DNA from: Macrostomum lignano
Taxonomy: Eukaryota
Length of the DNA: 64,000 nt
Reading direction: 5' to 3'
Assembly (NCBI GenBank): GCA_002269645.1
Contig: NIVC01002156.1
Location: 62,001 to 126,000 of the forward strand
Positions 43,701 through 58,700 of the stretch are shown here, one piece after another. Every line of letters begins with the position of its first letter. The stretch's first letter is position 1. The notes under the pieces are model-generated. The model was not told the origin of the DNA. It saw nothing but the letters and a program-made list of their open reading frames with translations, and did no database searches. Position numbers and translations under genes: made by a program.

Positions 43701-46700
43701 GTGTGTCTCATCCTCTGCTTCATCCTGTGTGTCTCATCCTCTGCTTCATCCTGTGTGTCTCATCCTCTGCTTCATCCTGTCTGTCTCATCCTCTGCTTCA
43801 TCCTGTGTGTCTCATCCTCTGCTTCATCCTGTGTGTCTCATCCTCTGCTTCATCCTGTGTGTCTCATCCTCTGCTTCATCCTGTGTGTCTCATCCTCTGC
43901 TTCATCCTGTGTGTCTCATCCTCTGCTTCATCCTGTGTGTCTCATCCTCTGCTTCATCCTGTGTGTCTCATCCTCTGCTTCATCCTGTGTGTCTCATCCT
44001 CTGCTTCATCCTGTGTGTCTCATCCTCTGCTTCATCCTGTGTTCATCCTCTGTTTATCCTCTGCTTCATCCTCTGCTTCATCCTCTGCTTCATCCTGTGT
44101 GTCTCATCCTCTGCTTCATCCTGTGTGTCTCATCCTCTGCTTCATCCTGTGTGTCTCATCCTCTGCTTCATCCTGTGTGTCTCATCCTCTGCTTCATCCT
44201 GTGTGTCTCATCCTCTGCTTCATCCTGTGTGTCTCATCCTCTGCTTCATCCTGTGTGTCTCATCCTCTGCTTCATCCTGTGTGTCTCATCCTCTGCTTCA
44301 TCCTGTGTGTCTCATCCTCTGCTTCATCCTGTGTGTCTCATCCTCTGCTTCATCCTGTGTGTCTCATCCTCTGCTTCATCCTGTGTGTCTCATCCTCTGC
44401 TTCATCCTGTGTGTCTCATCCTCTGCTTCATCCTGTGTGTCTCATCCTCTGCTTCATCCTGTGTGTCTCATCCTCTGCTTCATCCTGTGTGTCTCATCCT
44501 CTGCTTCATCCTGTGTGTCTCATCCTCTGCTTCATCCTGTCTGTCTCATCCTCTGCTTCATCCTGTGTGTCTCATCCTCTGCTTCATCCTCTGCTTCATC
44601 CTCTGTTTTATCCTCTGCTTCATCCTCTGCTTCATCCTCTGCTTCATCCTGTGTGTCTCATCCTCTGCTTCATCCTGTGTCTCATCCTCTGCTTCATCCT
44701 GTGTGTCTCATCCTCTGCTTCATCTGTGTCATCCTCTGCTTCATCCTGTCTGTTCATCCTCTGCTTCATCCTGTGCTCATCCTCTGCTTCATCCTGTCTG
44801 TTCATCCTCTGCTTCATCCTCTGCTTCATCCTCTGCTTCATCCTCTGCTTCATCCTCTGCTTCATCCTCTGCTTTATCCTCTGCTTCATCCTGTGTGTCT
44901 CATCCTCTGCTTCATCCTGTGTGTCTCATCCTCTGCTTCATCCTGTGTGTCTCATCCTCTGCTTCATCCTGTGTGTCTCATCCTCTGCTTCATCCTGTGT
45001 GTCTCATCCTCTGCTTCATCCTGTGTGTCTCATCCTCTGCTTCATCCTGTGTGTCTCATCCTCTGCTTCATCCTGTGTGTCTCATCCTCTGCTTCATCCT
45101 GTGTGTCTCATCCTCTGCTTCATCCTGTGTGTCTCATCCTCTGCTTCATCCTGTGTGTCTCATCCTCTGCTTCATCCTGTCTGTCTCATCCTCTGCTTCA
45201 TCCTGTGTGTCTCATCCTCTGCTTCATCCTGTGTGTCTCATCCTCTGCTTCATCCTGTGTGTCTCATCCTCTGCTTCATCCTGTGTGTCTCATCCTCTGC
45301 TTCATCCTGTGTGTCTCATCCTCTGCTTCATCCTGTGTGTCTCATCCTCTGCTTCATCCTGTGTGTCTCATCCTCTGCTTCATCCTGTGTGTCTCATCCT
45401 CTGCTTCATCCTGTGTGTCTCATCCTCTGCTTCATCCTCTGCTTCATCCTCTGTTTTATCCTCTGCTTCATCCTCTGCTTCATCCTCTGCTTCATCCTGT
45501 GTGTCTCATCCTCTGCTTCATCCTGTGTGTCTCATCCTCTGCTTCATCCTGTGTGTCTCATCCTCTGCTTCATCCTGTGTGTCTCATCCTCTGCTTCATC
45601 CTGTGTGTCTCATCCTCTGCTTCATCCTGTGTGTCTCATCCTCTGCTTCATCCTGTGTGTCTCATCCTCTGCTTCATCCTGTGTGTCTCATCCTCTGCTT
45701 CATCCTGTGTGTCTCATCCTCTGCTTCATCCTGTGTGTCTCATCCTCTGCTTCATCCTGTGTGTCTCATCCTCTGCTTCATCCTGTGTGTCTCATCCTCT
45801 GCTTCATCCTGTGTGTCTCATCCTCTGCTTCATCCTGTGTGTCTCATCCTCTGCTTCATCCTGTGTGTCTCATCCTCTGCTTCATCCTGTGTGTCTCATC
45901 CTCTGCTTCATCCTGTGTGTCTCATCCTCTGCTTCATCCTGTGTGTCTCATCCTCTGCTTCATCCTCTGCTTCATCCTCTGTTCATCCTCTGCTTCATCC
46001 TCTGCTTCATCCTGTGTGTCTCATCCTCTGCTTCATCCTGTGTGTCTCATCCTCTGCTTCATCCTGTGTGTCTCATCCTCTGCTTCATCCTGTGTGTCTC
46101 ATCCTCTGCTTCATCCTGTGTGTCTCATCCTCTGCTTCATCCTGTGTGTCTCATCCTCTGCTTCATCCTGTGTGTCTCATCCTCTGCTTCATCCTGTGTG
46201 TCTCATCCTCTGCTTCATCCTGTGTGTCTCATCCTCTGCTTCATCCTGTGTGTCTCATCCTCTGCTTCATCCTGTGTGTCTCATCCTCTGCTTCATCCTG
46301 TGTGTCTCATCCTCTGCTTCATCCTGTGTGTCTCATCCTCTGCTTCATCCTGTGTGTCTCATCCTCTGCTTCATCCTGTGTGTCTCATCCTCTGCTTCAT
46401 CCTGTGTGTCTCATCCTCTGCTTTATCCTCTGCTTCATCCTCTGTTTTATCCTCTGCTTCATCCTCTGCTTCATCCTCTGCTTCATCCTGTGTGTCTCAT
46501 CCTCTGCTTCATCCTGTGTGTCTCATCCTCTGCTTCATCCTGTGTGTCTCATCCTCTGCTTCATCCTGTGTCTCATCCTCTGCTTCATCCTGTGTGTCTC
46601 ATCCTCTGCTTCATCCTGTGTGTCTCATCCTCTGCTTCATCCTGTGTGTCTCATCCTCTGCTTCATCCTGTGTGTCTCATCCTCTGCTTCATCCTGTGTG

Positions 46701-49700
46701 TCTCATCCTCTGCTTCATCCTGTGTGTCTCATCCTCTGCTTCATCCTGTGTGTCTCATCCTCTGCTTCATCCTGTGTGTCTCATCCTCTGCTTCATCCTG
46801 TGTGTCTCATCCTCTGCTTCATCCTGTGTGTCTCATCCTCTGCTTCATCCTGTGTGTCTCATCCTCTGCTTCATCCTGTCTGTCTCATCCTCTGCTTCAT
46901 CCTGTGTGTCTCATCCTCTGCTTCATCCTCTGCTTCATCCTCTGTTTATCCTCTGCTTCATCCTCTGCTTCATCCTCTGCTTCATCCTGTGTGTCTCATC
47001 CTCTGCTTCATCCTGTGTGTCTCATCCTCTGCTTCATCCTGTGTGTCTCATCCTCTGCTTCATCCTCTGCTTCATCCTCTGCTTCATCCTGTCTGTTCAT
47101 CCTCTGCTTTATCCTCTGCTCATCCTCTGCTTCATCCTGTCTGTTCATCATCTGCTTCATCCTCTGCTTCATCCTCTGCTTCATCCTCTGCTTCATCCTC
47201 TGCTTCATCCTCTGCTTATCCTCTGCTTCATCCTGTGTGTCTCATCCTCTGCTTCATCCTGTGTGTCTCATCCTCTGCTTCATCCTGTGTGTCTCATCCT
47301 CTGCTTCATCCTGTGTGTCTCATCCTCTGCTTCATCCTGTGTGTCTCATCCTCTGCTTCATCCTGTGTGTCTCATCCTCTGCTTCATCCTGTGTGTCTCA
47401 TCCTCTGCTTCATCCTGTGTGTCTCATCCTCTGCTTCATCCTGTGTGTCTCATCCTCTGCTTCATCCTGTGTGTCTCATCCTCTGCTTCATCCTGTCTGT
47501 CTCATCCTCTGCTTCATCCTGTGTGTCTCATCCTCTGCTTTATCCTCTGCTTCATCCTCTGTTTTATCCTCTGCTTCATCCTCTGCTTCATCCTCTGCTT
47601 CATCCTGTGTGTCTCATCCTCTGCTTCATCCTGTGTGTCTCATCCTCTGCTTCATCCTGTGTGTCTCATCCTCTGCTTCATCCTGTGTGTCTCATCCTCT
47701 GCTTCATCCTGTGTGTCTCATCCTCTGCTTCATCCTGTCTGTCTCATCCTCTGCTTCATCCTGTGTGTCTCATCCTCTGCTTCATCCTGTCTGCTCATCC
47801 TCTGCTTCATCCTGTGTGTCTCATCCTCTGCTTCATCCTGTGTGTCTCATCCTCTGCTTCATCCTGTGTGTCTCATCCTCTGCTTCATCCTGTGTGTCTC
47901 ATCCTCTGCTTCATCCTGTGTGTCTCATCCTCTGCTTCATCCTGTGTGTCTCATCCTCTGCTTCATCCTGTGTGTCTCATCCTCTGCTTCATCCTGTGTG
48001 TCTCATCCTCTGCTTCATCCTGTGTGTCTCATCCTCTGCTTCATCCTGTGTGTCTCATCCTCTGCTTCATCCTGTGTGTCTCATCCTCTGCTTCATCCTG
48101 TGTGTCTCATCCTCTGCTTCATCCTGTGTGTCTCATCCTCTGCTTCATCCTGTGTGTCTCATCCTCTGCTTCATCCTGTGTGTCTCATCCTCTGCTTCAT
48201 CCTGTGTGTCTCATCCTCTGCTTTATCCTCTGCTTCATCCTCTGTTTTATCCTCTGCTTCATCCTCTGCTTCATCCTCTGCTTCATCCTGTGTGTCTCAT
48301 CCTCTGCTTCATCCTGTGTGTCTCATCCTCTGCTTCATCCTGTGTGTCTCATCCTCTGCTTTATCCTCTGCTTCATCCTGTGTGTCTCATCCTCTGCTTC
48401 ATCCTGTGTGTCTCCTGTGTTCCTGTGTGTGTCAGTGTGTCTCATCCTCTGCTTCATCCTGTGTGTCTCATCCTCTGCTTCATCCTGTGTGTCTCATCCT
48501 CTGCTTCATCCTGTGTGTCTCATCCTCTGCTTTATCCTCTGCTTCATCCTCTGTTTTATCCTCTGCTTCATCCTCTGCTTCATCCTGTGTGTCTCATCCT
48601 CTGCTTCATCCTGTGTGTCTCATCCTCTGCTTCATCCTGTGTGTCTCATCCTCTGCTTCATCCTGTGTGTCTCATCCTCTGCTTCATCCTGTGTGTCTCA
48701 TCCTCTGCTTCATCCTGTGTGTCTCATCCTCTGCTTCATCCTGTGTGTCTCATCCTCTGCTTCATCCTGTGTGTCTCATCCTCTGCTTTATCCTCTGCTT
48801 CATCCTCTGTTTTATCCTCTGCTTCATCCTCTGCTTCATCCTCTGCTTCATCCTGTGTGTCTCATCCTCTGCTTCATCCTGTGTGTCTCATCCTCTGCTT
48901 CATCCTGTGTGTCTCATCCTCTGCTTCATCCTGTCTGTCTCATCCTCTGCTTCATCCTGTGTGTCTCATCCTCTGCTTCATCCTGTGTGTCTCATCCTCT
49001 GCTTCATCCTGTGTGTCTCATCCTCTGCTTCATCCTGTGTGTCTCATCCTCTGCTTTATCCTCTGCTTCATCCTCTGTTTTATCCTCTGCTTCATCCTGT
49101 GTGTCTCATCCTCTGCTTCATCCTGTGTGTCTCATCCTCCGCTTCATCCTGTGTGTCTCATCCTCTGCTTCATCCTGTCTGTCTCATCCTCTGCTTCATC
49201 CTGTGTGTCTCATCCTCTGCTTTATCCTCTGCTTCATCCTCTGTTTTATCCTCTGCTTCATCCTCTGCTTCATCCTCTGCTTCATCCTGTGTGTCTCATC
49301 CTCTGCTTTATCCTCTGCTTCATCCTCTGTTTTATCCTCTGCTTCATCCTCTGCTTCATCCTCTGCTTCATCCTGTGTGTCTCATCCTCTGCTTCATCCT
49401 GTGTGTCTCATCCTCTGCTTCATCCTGTGTGTCTCATCCTCTGCTTCATCCTCTGCTTCATCCTCTGCTTCATCCTGTCTGTTCATCCTCTGCTTTATCC
49501 TCTGCTTCATCCTCTGCTTCATCCTGTCTGTTCATCTCTGCTTATCCTCTGCTTTATCCTCTGCTTCATCCTCTGCTTCATCCTCTGCTTCATCCTCTGC
49601 TTTATCCTCTGCTTCATCCTGTGTGTCTCATCCTCTGCTTCATCCTGTGTGTCTCATCCTCTGCTTCATCCTGTGTGTCTCATCCTCTGCTTCATCCTGT

Positions 49701-52700
49701 GTGTCTCATCCTCTGCTTCATCCTGTGTGTCTCATCCTCTGCTTCATCCTGTGTGTCTCATCCTCTGCTTCATCTGTGTGTCTCATCCTCTGCTTCATCC
49801 TGTGTGTCTCATCCTCTGCTTCATCCTGTGTGTCTCATCCTCTGCTTCATCCTGTTGTCTCATCCTCTGCTTCATCCTGTGTGTCTCATCCTCTGCTTCA
49901 TCCTGTGTGTCTCATCCTCTGCTTCATCCTGTGTGTCTCATCCTCTGCTTCATCCTGTGTGTCTCATCCTCTGCTTCATCCTGTGTGTCTCATCCTCTGC
50001 TTCATCCTGTCTGTCTCATCCTCTGCTTCATCCTGTGTGTCTCATCCTCTGCTTCATCCTGTGTGTCTCATCCTCTGCTTCATCCTGTGTGTCTCATCCT
50101 CTGCTTCATCCTGTCTGTCTCATCCTCTGCTTCATCCTGTGTGTCTCATCCTCTGCTTCATCCTGTGTGTCTCATCCTCTGCTTCATCCTGTGTGTCTCA
50201 TCCTCTGCTTCATCCTGTGTGTCTCATCCTCTGCTTCATCCTGTGTGTCTCATCCTCTGCTTCATCCTGTCTGTCTCATCCTCTGCTTCATCCTGTGTGT
50301 CTCATCCTCTGCTTCATCCTGTGTGCTCTCATCCTCTGCTTCATCCTGTGTGTCTCATCCTCTGCTTCATCCTGTGTGTCTCATCCTCTGCTTCATCCTG
50401 TGTGTCTCATCCTCTGCTTCATCCTGTGTGTCTCATCCTCTGCTTCATCCTGTGTGTCTCATCCTCTGCTTTATCCTCTGCTTCATCCTCTGTTCATCCT
50501 CTGCTTCATCCTGTGCTCATCCTCTGCTTCATCCTGTGTGTCTCATCCTCTGCTTCATCCTGTGTGTCTCATCCTCTGCTTCATCCTGTGTGTCTCATCC
50601 TCTGCTTCATCCTGTGTGTCTCATCCTCTGCTTCATCCTGTGTGTCTCATCCTCTGCTTCATCCTGTGTGTCTCATCCTCTGCTTCATCCTGTGTGTCTC
50701 ATCCTCTGCTTCATCCTGTGTGTCTCATCCTCTGCTTCATCCTGTGTGTCTCATCCTCTGCTTCATCCTGTGTGTCTCATCCTCTGCTTTATCCTCTGCT
50801 TCATCCTCTGTTCATCCTCTGCTTCATCCTGTGTGTCTCATCCTCTGCTTCATCCTGTGTGTCTCATCCTCTGCTTCATCCTGTGTGTCTCATCCTCTGC
50901 TTCATCCTGTGTGTCTCATCCTCTGCTTCATCCTGTGTGTCTCATCCTCTGCTTCATCATGTGTGTCTCATCCTCTGCTTCATCTGTGTGTCTCATCCTC
51001 TGCTTCATCCTGTGTGTCTCATCCTCTGCTTCATCCTGTGTGTCTCATCCTCTGCTTCATCCTGTGTGTCTCATCCTCTGCTTCATCCTGTGTGTCTCAT
51101 CCTCTGCTTCATCCTGTGTGTCTCATCCTCTGCTTCATCCTGTGTGTCTCATCCTCTGCTTCATCCTGTGTGTCTCATCCTCTGCTTCATCCTGTGTGTC
51201 TCATCCTCTGCTTCATCCTGTGTGTCTCATCCTCTGCTTCATCCTGTGTGTCTCATCCTCTGCTTCATCCTGTCTGTCTCATCCTCTGCTTCATCCTGTG
51301 TGTCTCATCCTCTGCTTTATCCTCTGCTTCATCCTCTGTTTTATCCTCTGCTTCATCCTCTGCTTCATCATCTGCTTCATCCTGTGTGTCTCATCCTCTG
51401 CTTCATCGTGTGTCTCATCCTCTGCTTCATCCTGTGTGTCTCATCCTCTGCTTCATCCTCTGCTTCATCCTCTGCTTCATCCAGTCTGTTTCATCCTCTG
51501 CTTTATCCTCTGCTTCATCCTCTGCTTCATCCTGTCTGTTTCATCATCTGCTTTATCCTCTGCTTCATCCTCTGCTTCATCCTCTGCTTCATCCTCTGCT
51601 TCATCCTCTGCTTTATCCTCTGCTTCATCCTGTCTGTCTCATCCTCTGCTTCATCCTGTGTGTCTCATCCTCTGCTTTATCCTCTGCTTCATCCTCTGTT
51701 TTATCCTCTGCTTCATCCTCTGCTTCATCCTCTGCTTCATCCTGTGTGTCTCATCCTCTGCTTCATCGTGTTGTCTCATCCTCTGCTTCATCCTGTGTGT
51801 CTCATCCTCTGCTTCATCCTCTGCTTCATCCTCTGCTTCATCCTGTCTGTTTCATCCTCTGCTTTATCCTGTTGCTCATCCTCTGCTTCATCCTGTCTGT
51901 TTCATCATCTGCTTTATCCTCTGCTTCATCCTCTGCTTCATCCTCTGCTTCATCCTCTGCTTCATCCTCTGCTTTATCCTCTGCTTCATCCTGTGTGTCT
52001 CATCCTCTGCTTCATCCTGTGTGTCTCATCCTCTGCTTCATCCTGTGTGTCTCATCCTCTGCTTCATCCTGTGTGTCTCATCCTCTGCTTCATCCTGTGT
52101 GTCTCATCCTCTGCTTCATCCTGTGTGTCTCATCCTCTGCTTCATCCTGTGTGTCTCATCCTCTGCTTCATCATGTGTGTCTCATCCTCTGCTTCATCCT
52201 GTGTGTCTCATCCTCTGCTTCATCATGTGTGTCTCATCCTCTGCTTCATCATGTGTGTCTCATCCTCTGCTTCATCCTGTCTGTCTCATCCTCTGCTTCA
52301 TCCTGTGTGTCTCATCCTCTGCTTCATCCTGTGTGTCTCATCCTCTGCTTCATCCTGTCTGTCTCATCCTCTGCTTCATCCTGTGTGTCTCATCCTCTGC
52401 TTCATCCTGTGTGTCTCATCCTCTGCTTCATCCTGTGTGTCTCATCCTCTGCTTCATCCTGTGTGTCTCATCCTCTGCTTCATCCTGTGTGTCTCATCCT
52501 CTGCTTCATCCTGTGTGTCTCATCCTCTGCTTCATCCTCTGCTTCATCCTCTGTTTTATCCTCTGCTTCATCCTCTGCTTCATCCTCTGCTTCATCCTGT
52601 GTGTCTCATCCTCTGCTTCATCCTGTGTGTCTCATCCTCTGCTTCATCCTGTGTGTCTCATCCTCTGCTTCATCCTGTGTGTCTCATCCTCTGCTTCATC

Positions 52701-55700
52701 CTGTGTGTCTCATCCTCTGCTTCATCCTGTGTGTCTCATCCTCTGCTTCATCCTGTGTGTCTCATCCTCTGCTTCATCATGTGTGTCTCATCCTCTGCTT
52801 CATCCTGTCTGTCTCATCCTCTGCTTCATCCTGTGTGTCTCATCCTCTGCTTCATCCTGTGTGTCTCATCCTCTGCTTCATCCTGTGTGTCTCATCCTCT
52901 GCTTCATCCTGTGTGTCTCATCCTCTGCTTCATCCTGTGTGTCTCATCCTCTGCTTCATCCTGTGTGTCTCATCCTCTGCTTCATCCTGTGTGTCTCATC
53001 CTCTGCTTCATCCTGTGTGTCTCATCCCTGCTTCATCCTGTGTGTCTCATCCTCTGCTTTATCCTCTGCTTCATCCTCTGTTTTATCCTCTGCTTCATCC
53101 TCTGCTTCATCCTGTGTGTCTCATCCTCTGCTTCATCCTGTGTGTCTCATCCTCTGCTTCATCCTGTGTGTCTCATCCTCTGCTTCATCCTGTGTGTCTC
53201 ATCCTCTGCTTCATCCTGTGTGTCTCATCCTCTGCTTCATCCTGTGTGTCTCATCCTCTGCTTCATCCTGTGTGTCTCATCCTCTGCTTCATCCTGTGTG
53301 TCTCATCCTCTGCTTCATCCTGTGTGTCTCATCCTCTGCTTCATCCTGTGTGTCTCATCCTCTGCTTCATCCTGTGTGTCTCATCCTCTGCTTCATCCTG
53401 TGTGTCTCATCCTCTGCTTCATCCTGTGTGTCTCATCCTCTGCTTCATCCTGTGTGTCTCATCCTCTGCTTCATCCTGTGTGTCTCATCCTCTGCTTCAT
53501 CCTGTGTGTCTCATCCTCTGCTTCATCCTGTGTGTCTCATCCTCTGCTTTATCCTCTGCTTCATCCTCTGTTTTATCCTCTGCTTCATCCTCTGCTTCAT
53601 CCTCTGCTTCATCCTGTGTGTCTCATCCTCTGCTTCATCCTGTGTGTCTCATCCTCTGCTTCATCCTGTGTGTCTCATCCTCTGCTTCATCCGGTGTGTC
53701 TCATCCTCTGCTTCATCATGTGTGTCTCATCCTCTGCTTCATCATGTGTGTCTCATCCTCTGCTTCATCATGTGTGTCTCATCCTCTGCTTCATCCTGTC
53801 TGTCTCATCCTCTGCTTCATCCTGTGTGTCTCATCCTCTGCTTCATCCTGTGTGTCTCATCCTCTGCTTCATCCTGTCTGTCTCATCCTCTGCTTCATCC
53901 TGTGTGTCTCATCCTCTGCTTCATCCTGTGTGTCTCATCCTCTGCTTCATCCTGTGTGTCTCATCCTCTGCTTCATCCTGTGTGTCTCATCCTCTGCTTC
54001 ATCCTGTCTGTCTCATCCTCTGCTTCATCCTGTGTGTCTCATCCTCTGCTTTATCCTCTGCTTCATCCTCTGTTTTATCCTCTGCTTCATCCTCTGCTTC
54101 ATCCTCTGCTTCATCCTGTGTGTCTCATCCTCTGCTTCATCCTGTGTGTCTCATCCTCTGCTTCATCCTGTGTGTCTCATCCTCTGCTTTATCCTCTGCT
54201 TCATCCTCTGCTTCATCCTGTCTGTTTCATCCTCTGCTTTATCCTCTGCTTCATCCTCTGCTTCATCCTGTCTGTTTCATCATCTGCTTTATCCTCTGCT
54301 TCATCCTCTGCTTCATCCTCTGCTTCATCCTCTGCTTCATCCTCTGCTTTATCCTCTGCTTCATCCTGTGTGTCTCATCCTCTGCTTCATCCTGTGTGTC
54401 TCATCCTCTGCTTCATCCTGTGTGTCTCATCCTCTGCTTCATCCTGTGTGTCTCATCCTCTGCTTCATCCTGTGTGTCTCATCCTCTGCTTCATCCTGTC
54501 TGTCTCATCCTCTGCTTCATCCTGTGTGTCTCATCCTCTGCTTCATCCTGTGTGTCTCATCCTCTGCTTCATCCTGTGTGTCTCATCCTCGCTTCATCCT
54601 GTGTGTCTCATCCTCTGCTTCATCCTGTCTGTCTCATCCTCTGCTTCATCCTGTGTGTCTCATCCTCTGCTTTATCCTCTGCTTCATCCTCTGTTTTATC
54701 CTCTGCTTCATCCTCTGCTTCATCCTCTGCTTCATCCTGTGTGTCTCATCCTCTGCTTCATCCTGTGTGTCTCATCCTCTGCTTCATCCTGTGTGTCTCA
54801 TCCTCTGCTTCATCCTGTGTGTCTCATCCTCTGCTTCATCCTGTGTGTCTCATCCTCTGCTTCATCCTGTCTGTCTCATCCTCTGCTTCATCCTGTGTGT
54901 CTCATCCTCTGCTTCATCCTGTCTGCTTCATCCTCTGCTTCATCCTGTGTGTCTCATCCTCTGCTTCATCCTGTGTGTCTCATCCTCTGCTTCATCCTGT
55001 GTGTCTCATCCTCTGCTTCATCCTGTGTGTCTCATCCTCTGCTTCATCCTGTGTGTCTCATCCTCTGCTTCATCATGTGTGTCTCATCCTCTGCTTCATC
55101 ATGTGTGTCTCATCCTCTGCTTCATCATGTGTGTCTCATCCTCTGCTTCATCCTGTCTGTCTCATCCTCTGCTTCATCCTGTCTGTCTCATCCTCTGCTT
55201 CATCCTGTGTGTCTCATCCTCTGCTTCATCCTGTCTGTCTCATCCTCTGCTTCATCCTGTGTGTCTCATCCTCCGCTTCATCCTGTGTGTCTCATCCTCT
55301 GCTTCATCCTGTGTGTCTCATCCTCTGCTTCATCCTGTGTGTCTCATCCTCTGCTTTATCCTCTGCTTCATCCTCTGTTTTATCCTCTGCTTCATCCTCT
55401 GCTTCATCCTCTGCTTCATCCTGTGTGTCTCATCCTCTGCTTCATCCTGTGTGTCTCATCCTCTGCTTCATCCTGTGTGTCTCATCCTCTGCTTTATCCT
55501 CTGCTTCATCCTGTGTGTCTCATCCGCTGCTTCATCCTGTGTGTCTCCTGTGTGTCCTGTGTGTGTGTGTAAAACAGAGGTGTGTCTCATCCTCCGCTTC
55601 ATCCTGTGTGTCTCATCCTCTGCTTCATCCTGTGTGTCTCATCCTCTGCTTCATCCTGTGTGTCTCATCCTCTGCTTTATCCTCTGCTTCATCCTCGTTT

Positions 55701-58700
55701 TATCCTCTGCTTCATCCTCTGCTTCATCCTGTGTGTCTCATCCTCTGCTTCATCCTGTGTGTCTCATCCTCTGCTTCATCCTGTGTGTCTCATCCTCTGC
55801 TTCATCCTGTGTGTCTCATCCTCTGCTTCATCCTGTGTGTCTCATCCTCTGCTTCATCCTGTGTGTCTCATCCTCTGCTTCATCCTGTGTGTCTCATCCT
55901 CTGCTTCATCCTGTGTGTCTCATCCTCTGCTTTATCCTCTGCTTCATCCTCTGTTTTATCCTCTGCTTCATCCTCTGCTTCATCCTCTGCTTCATCCTGT
56001 GTGTCTCATCCTCTGCTTCATCCTGTGTGTCTCATCCTCTGCTTCATCCTGTGTGTCTCATCCTCTGCTTCATCCTGTCTGTCTCATCCTCTGCTTCATC
56101 CTGTGTGTCTCATCCTCTGCTTCATCCTGTGTGTCTCATCCTCTGCTTCATCCTGTGTGTCTCATCCTCTGCTTCATCCTGTGTGTCTCATCCTCTGCTT
56201 TATCCTCTGCTTCATCCTCTGTTTTATCCTCTGCTTCATCCTGTGTGTCTCATCCTCTGCTTCATCCTGTGTGTCTCATCCTCTGCTTCATCCTGTGTGT
56301 CTCATCCTCTGCTTCATCCTGTCTGTCTCATCCTCTGCTTCATCCTGTGTGTCTCATCCTCTGCTTTATCCTCTGCTTCATCCTCTGTTTTATCCTCTGC
56401 TTCATCCTCTGCTTCATCCTCTGCTTCATCCTGTGTGTCTCATCCTCTGCTTTATCCTCTGCTTCATCCTCTGTTTTATCCTCTGCTTCATCCTCTGCTT
56501 CATCCTCTGCTTCATCCTGTGTGTCTCATCCTCTGCTTCATCGTGTGTGTCTCATCATCTGATTCATCCTGTGTGTCTCATCCTCTGCTTTATCCTCTGC
56601 TTCATCCTCTGCTTCATCCTGTCTGTTTCATCCTCTGCTTTATCCTCTGCTTCATCCTCTGCTTCATCCTGTCTGTTTCATCATTTGCTTTATCCTCTGC
56701 TTTATCCTCTGCTTCATCCTCTGCTTCATCCTCTGCTTCATCCTCTGCTTTATCCTCTGCTTCATCCTGTGTGTCTCATCCTCTGCTTCATCCTGTGTGT
56801 CTCATCCTCTGCTTCATCCTGTGTGTCTCATCCTCTGCTTCATCCTGTGTGTCTCATCCTCTGCTTCATCCTGTGTGTCTCATCCTCTGCTTCATCCTGT
56901 GTGTCTCATCCTCTGCTTCATCTGTGTGTCTCATCCTCTGCTTCATCTGTGTGTCTCATCCTCTGCTTCATCCTGTGTGTCTCATCCTCTGCTTCATCCT
57001 GTTGTCTCATCCTCTGCTTCATCCTGTGTGTCTCATCCTCTGCTTCATCCTGTGTGTCTCATCCTCTGCTTCATCCTGTGTGTCTCATCCTCTGCTTCAT
57101 CTGTGTGTCTCATCCTCTGCTTCATCCTGTGTGTCTCATCCTCTGCTTCATCCTGTCTGTCTCATCCCTGCTTCATCTGTGTGTCTCATCCTCTGCTTCA
57201 TCCTGTGTGTCTCATCCTCTGCTTCATCCTGTGTGTCTCATCCTCTGCTTCATCCTGTCTGTCTCATCCTCTGCTTCATCCTGTGTGTCTCATCCTCGGC
57301 TTCATCCTGTGTGTCTCATCCTCTGCTTCATCATGTGTGTCTCATCCTCTGCTTCATCATGTGTGTCTCATCCTCTGCTTCATCCTGTGTGTCTCATCCT
57401 CTGCTTCATCCTGTCTGTCTCATCCCTGCTTCATCCTGTGTGTCTCATCCTCTGCTTCATCCTGTGTGTCTCATCCCTGCTTCATCCTGTGTGTCTCATC
57501 CTCTGCTTCATCCTGTGTGTCTCATCCTCTGCTTCATCCTGTGTGTCTCATCCTCTGCTTCATCCTGTGTGTCTCATCCTCTGCTTCATCCTGTGTGTCT
57601 CATCCTCTGCTTTATCCTCTGCTTCATCCTCTGTTTTATCCTCTGCTTCATCCTCTGCTTCATCCTCTGCTTCATCCTGTGTGTCTCATCCTCTGCTTCA
57701 TCCTGTGTGTCTCATCCTCTGCTTCATCCTGTGTGTCTCATCCTCTGCTTCATCCTGTGTGTCTCATCCTCTGCTTCATCCTGTGTGTCTCATCCTCTGC
57801 TTCATCCTGTGTGTCTCATCCTCTGCTTCATCCTGTGTGTCTCATCCTCTGCTTCATCCTGTGTGTCTCATCCTCTGCTTCATCCTGTGTGTCTCATCCT
57901 CTGCTTCATCCTGTGTGTCTCATCCTCTGCTTTATCCTCTGCTTCATCCTCTGTTTTATCCTCTGCTTCATCCTCTGCTTCATCCTCTGCTTCATCCTGT
58001 GTGTCTCATCCTCTGCTTCATCCTGTGTGTCTCATCCTCTGCTTCATCCTGTGTGTCTCATCCTCTGCTTCATCCTGTGTGTCTCATCCTCTGCTTCATC
58101 ATGTGTGTCTCATCCTCTGCTTCATCATGTGTGTCTCATCCTCTGCTTCATCATGTGTGTCTCATCCTCTGCTTCATTATGTGTGTCTCATCCTCTGCTT
58201 CATCCTGTCTGTCTCATCCTCTGCTTCATCCTGTGTGTCTCATCCTCTGCTTCATCCTGTGTGTCTCATCCTCTGCTTCATCCTGTCTGTCTCATCCTCT
58301 GCTTCATCCTGTGTGTCTCATCCTCTGCTTCATCCTGTGTGTCTCATCCTCTGCTTCATCCTGTGTGTCTCATCCTCCGCTTCATCCTGTGTGTCTCATC
58401 CTCTGCTTCATCCTGTCTGTCTCATCCTCTGCTTCATCCTGTGTGTCTCATCCTCTGCTTTATCCTCTGCTTCATCCTCTGTTTTATCCTCTGCTTCATC
58501 CTCTGCTTCATCATCTGCTTCATCCTGTGTGTCTCATCCTCTGCTTCATCGTGTGTCTCTCATCATCTGATTCATCCTGTGTGTCTCATCCTCTGCTTTA
58601 TCCTCTGCTTCATCCTCTGCTTCATCCAGTCTGTTTCATCCTCTGCTTTATCCTCTGCTTCATCCTCTGCTTCATCCTGTCTGTTTCATCATCTGCTTTA

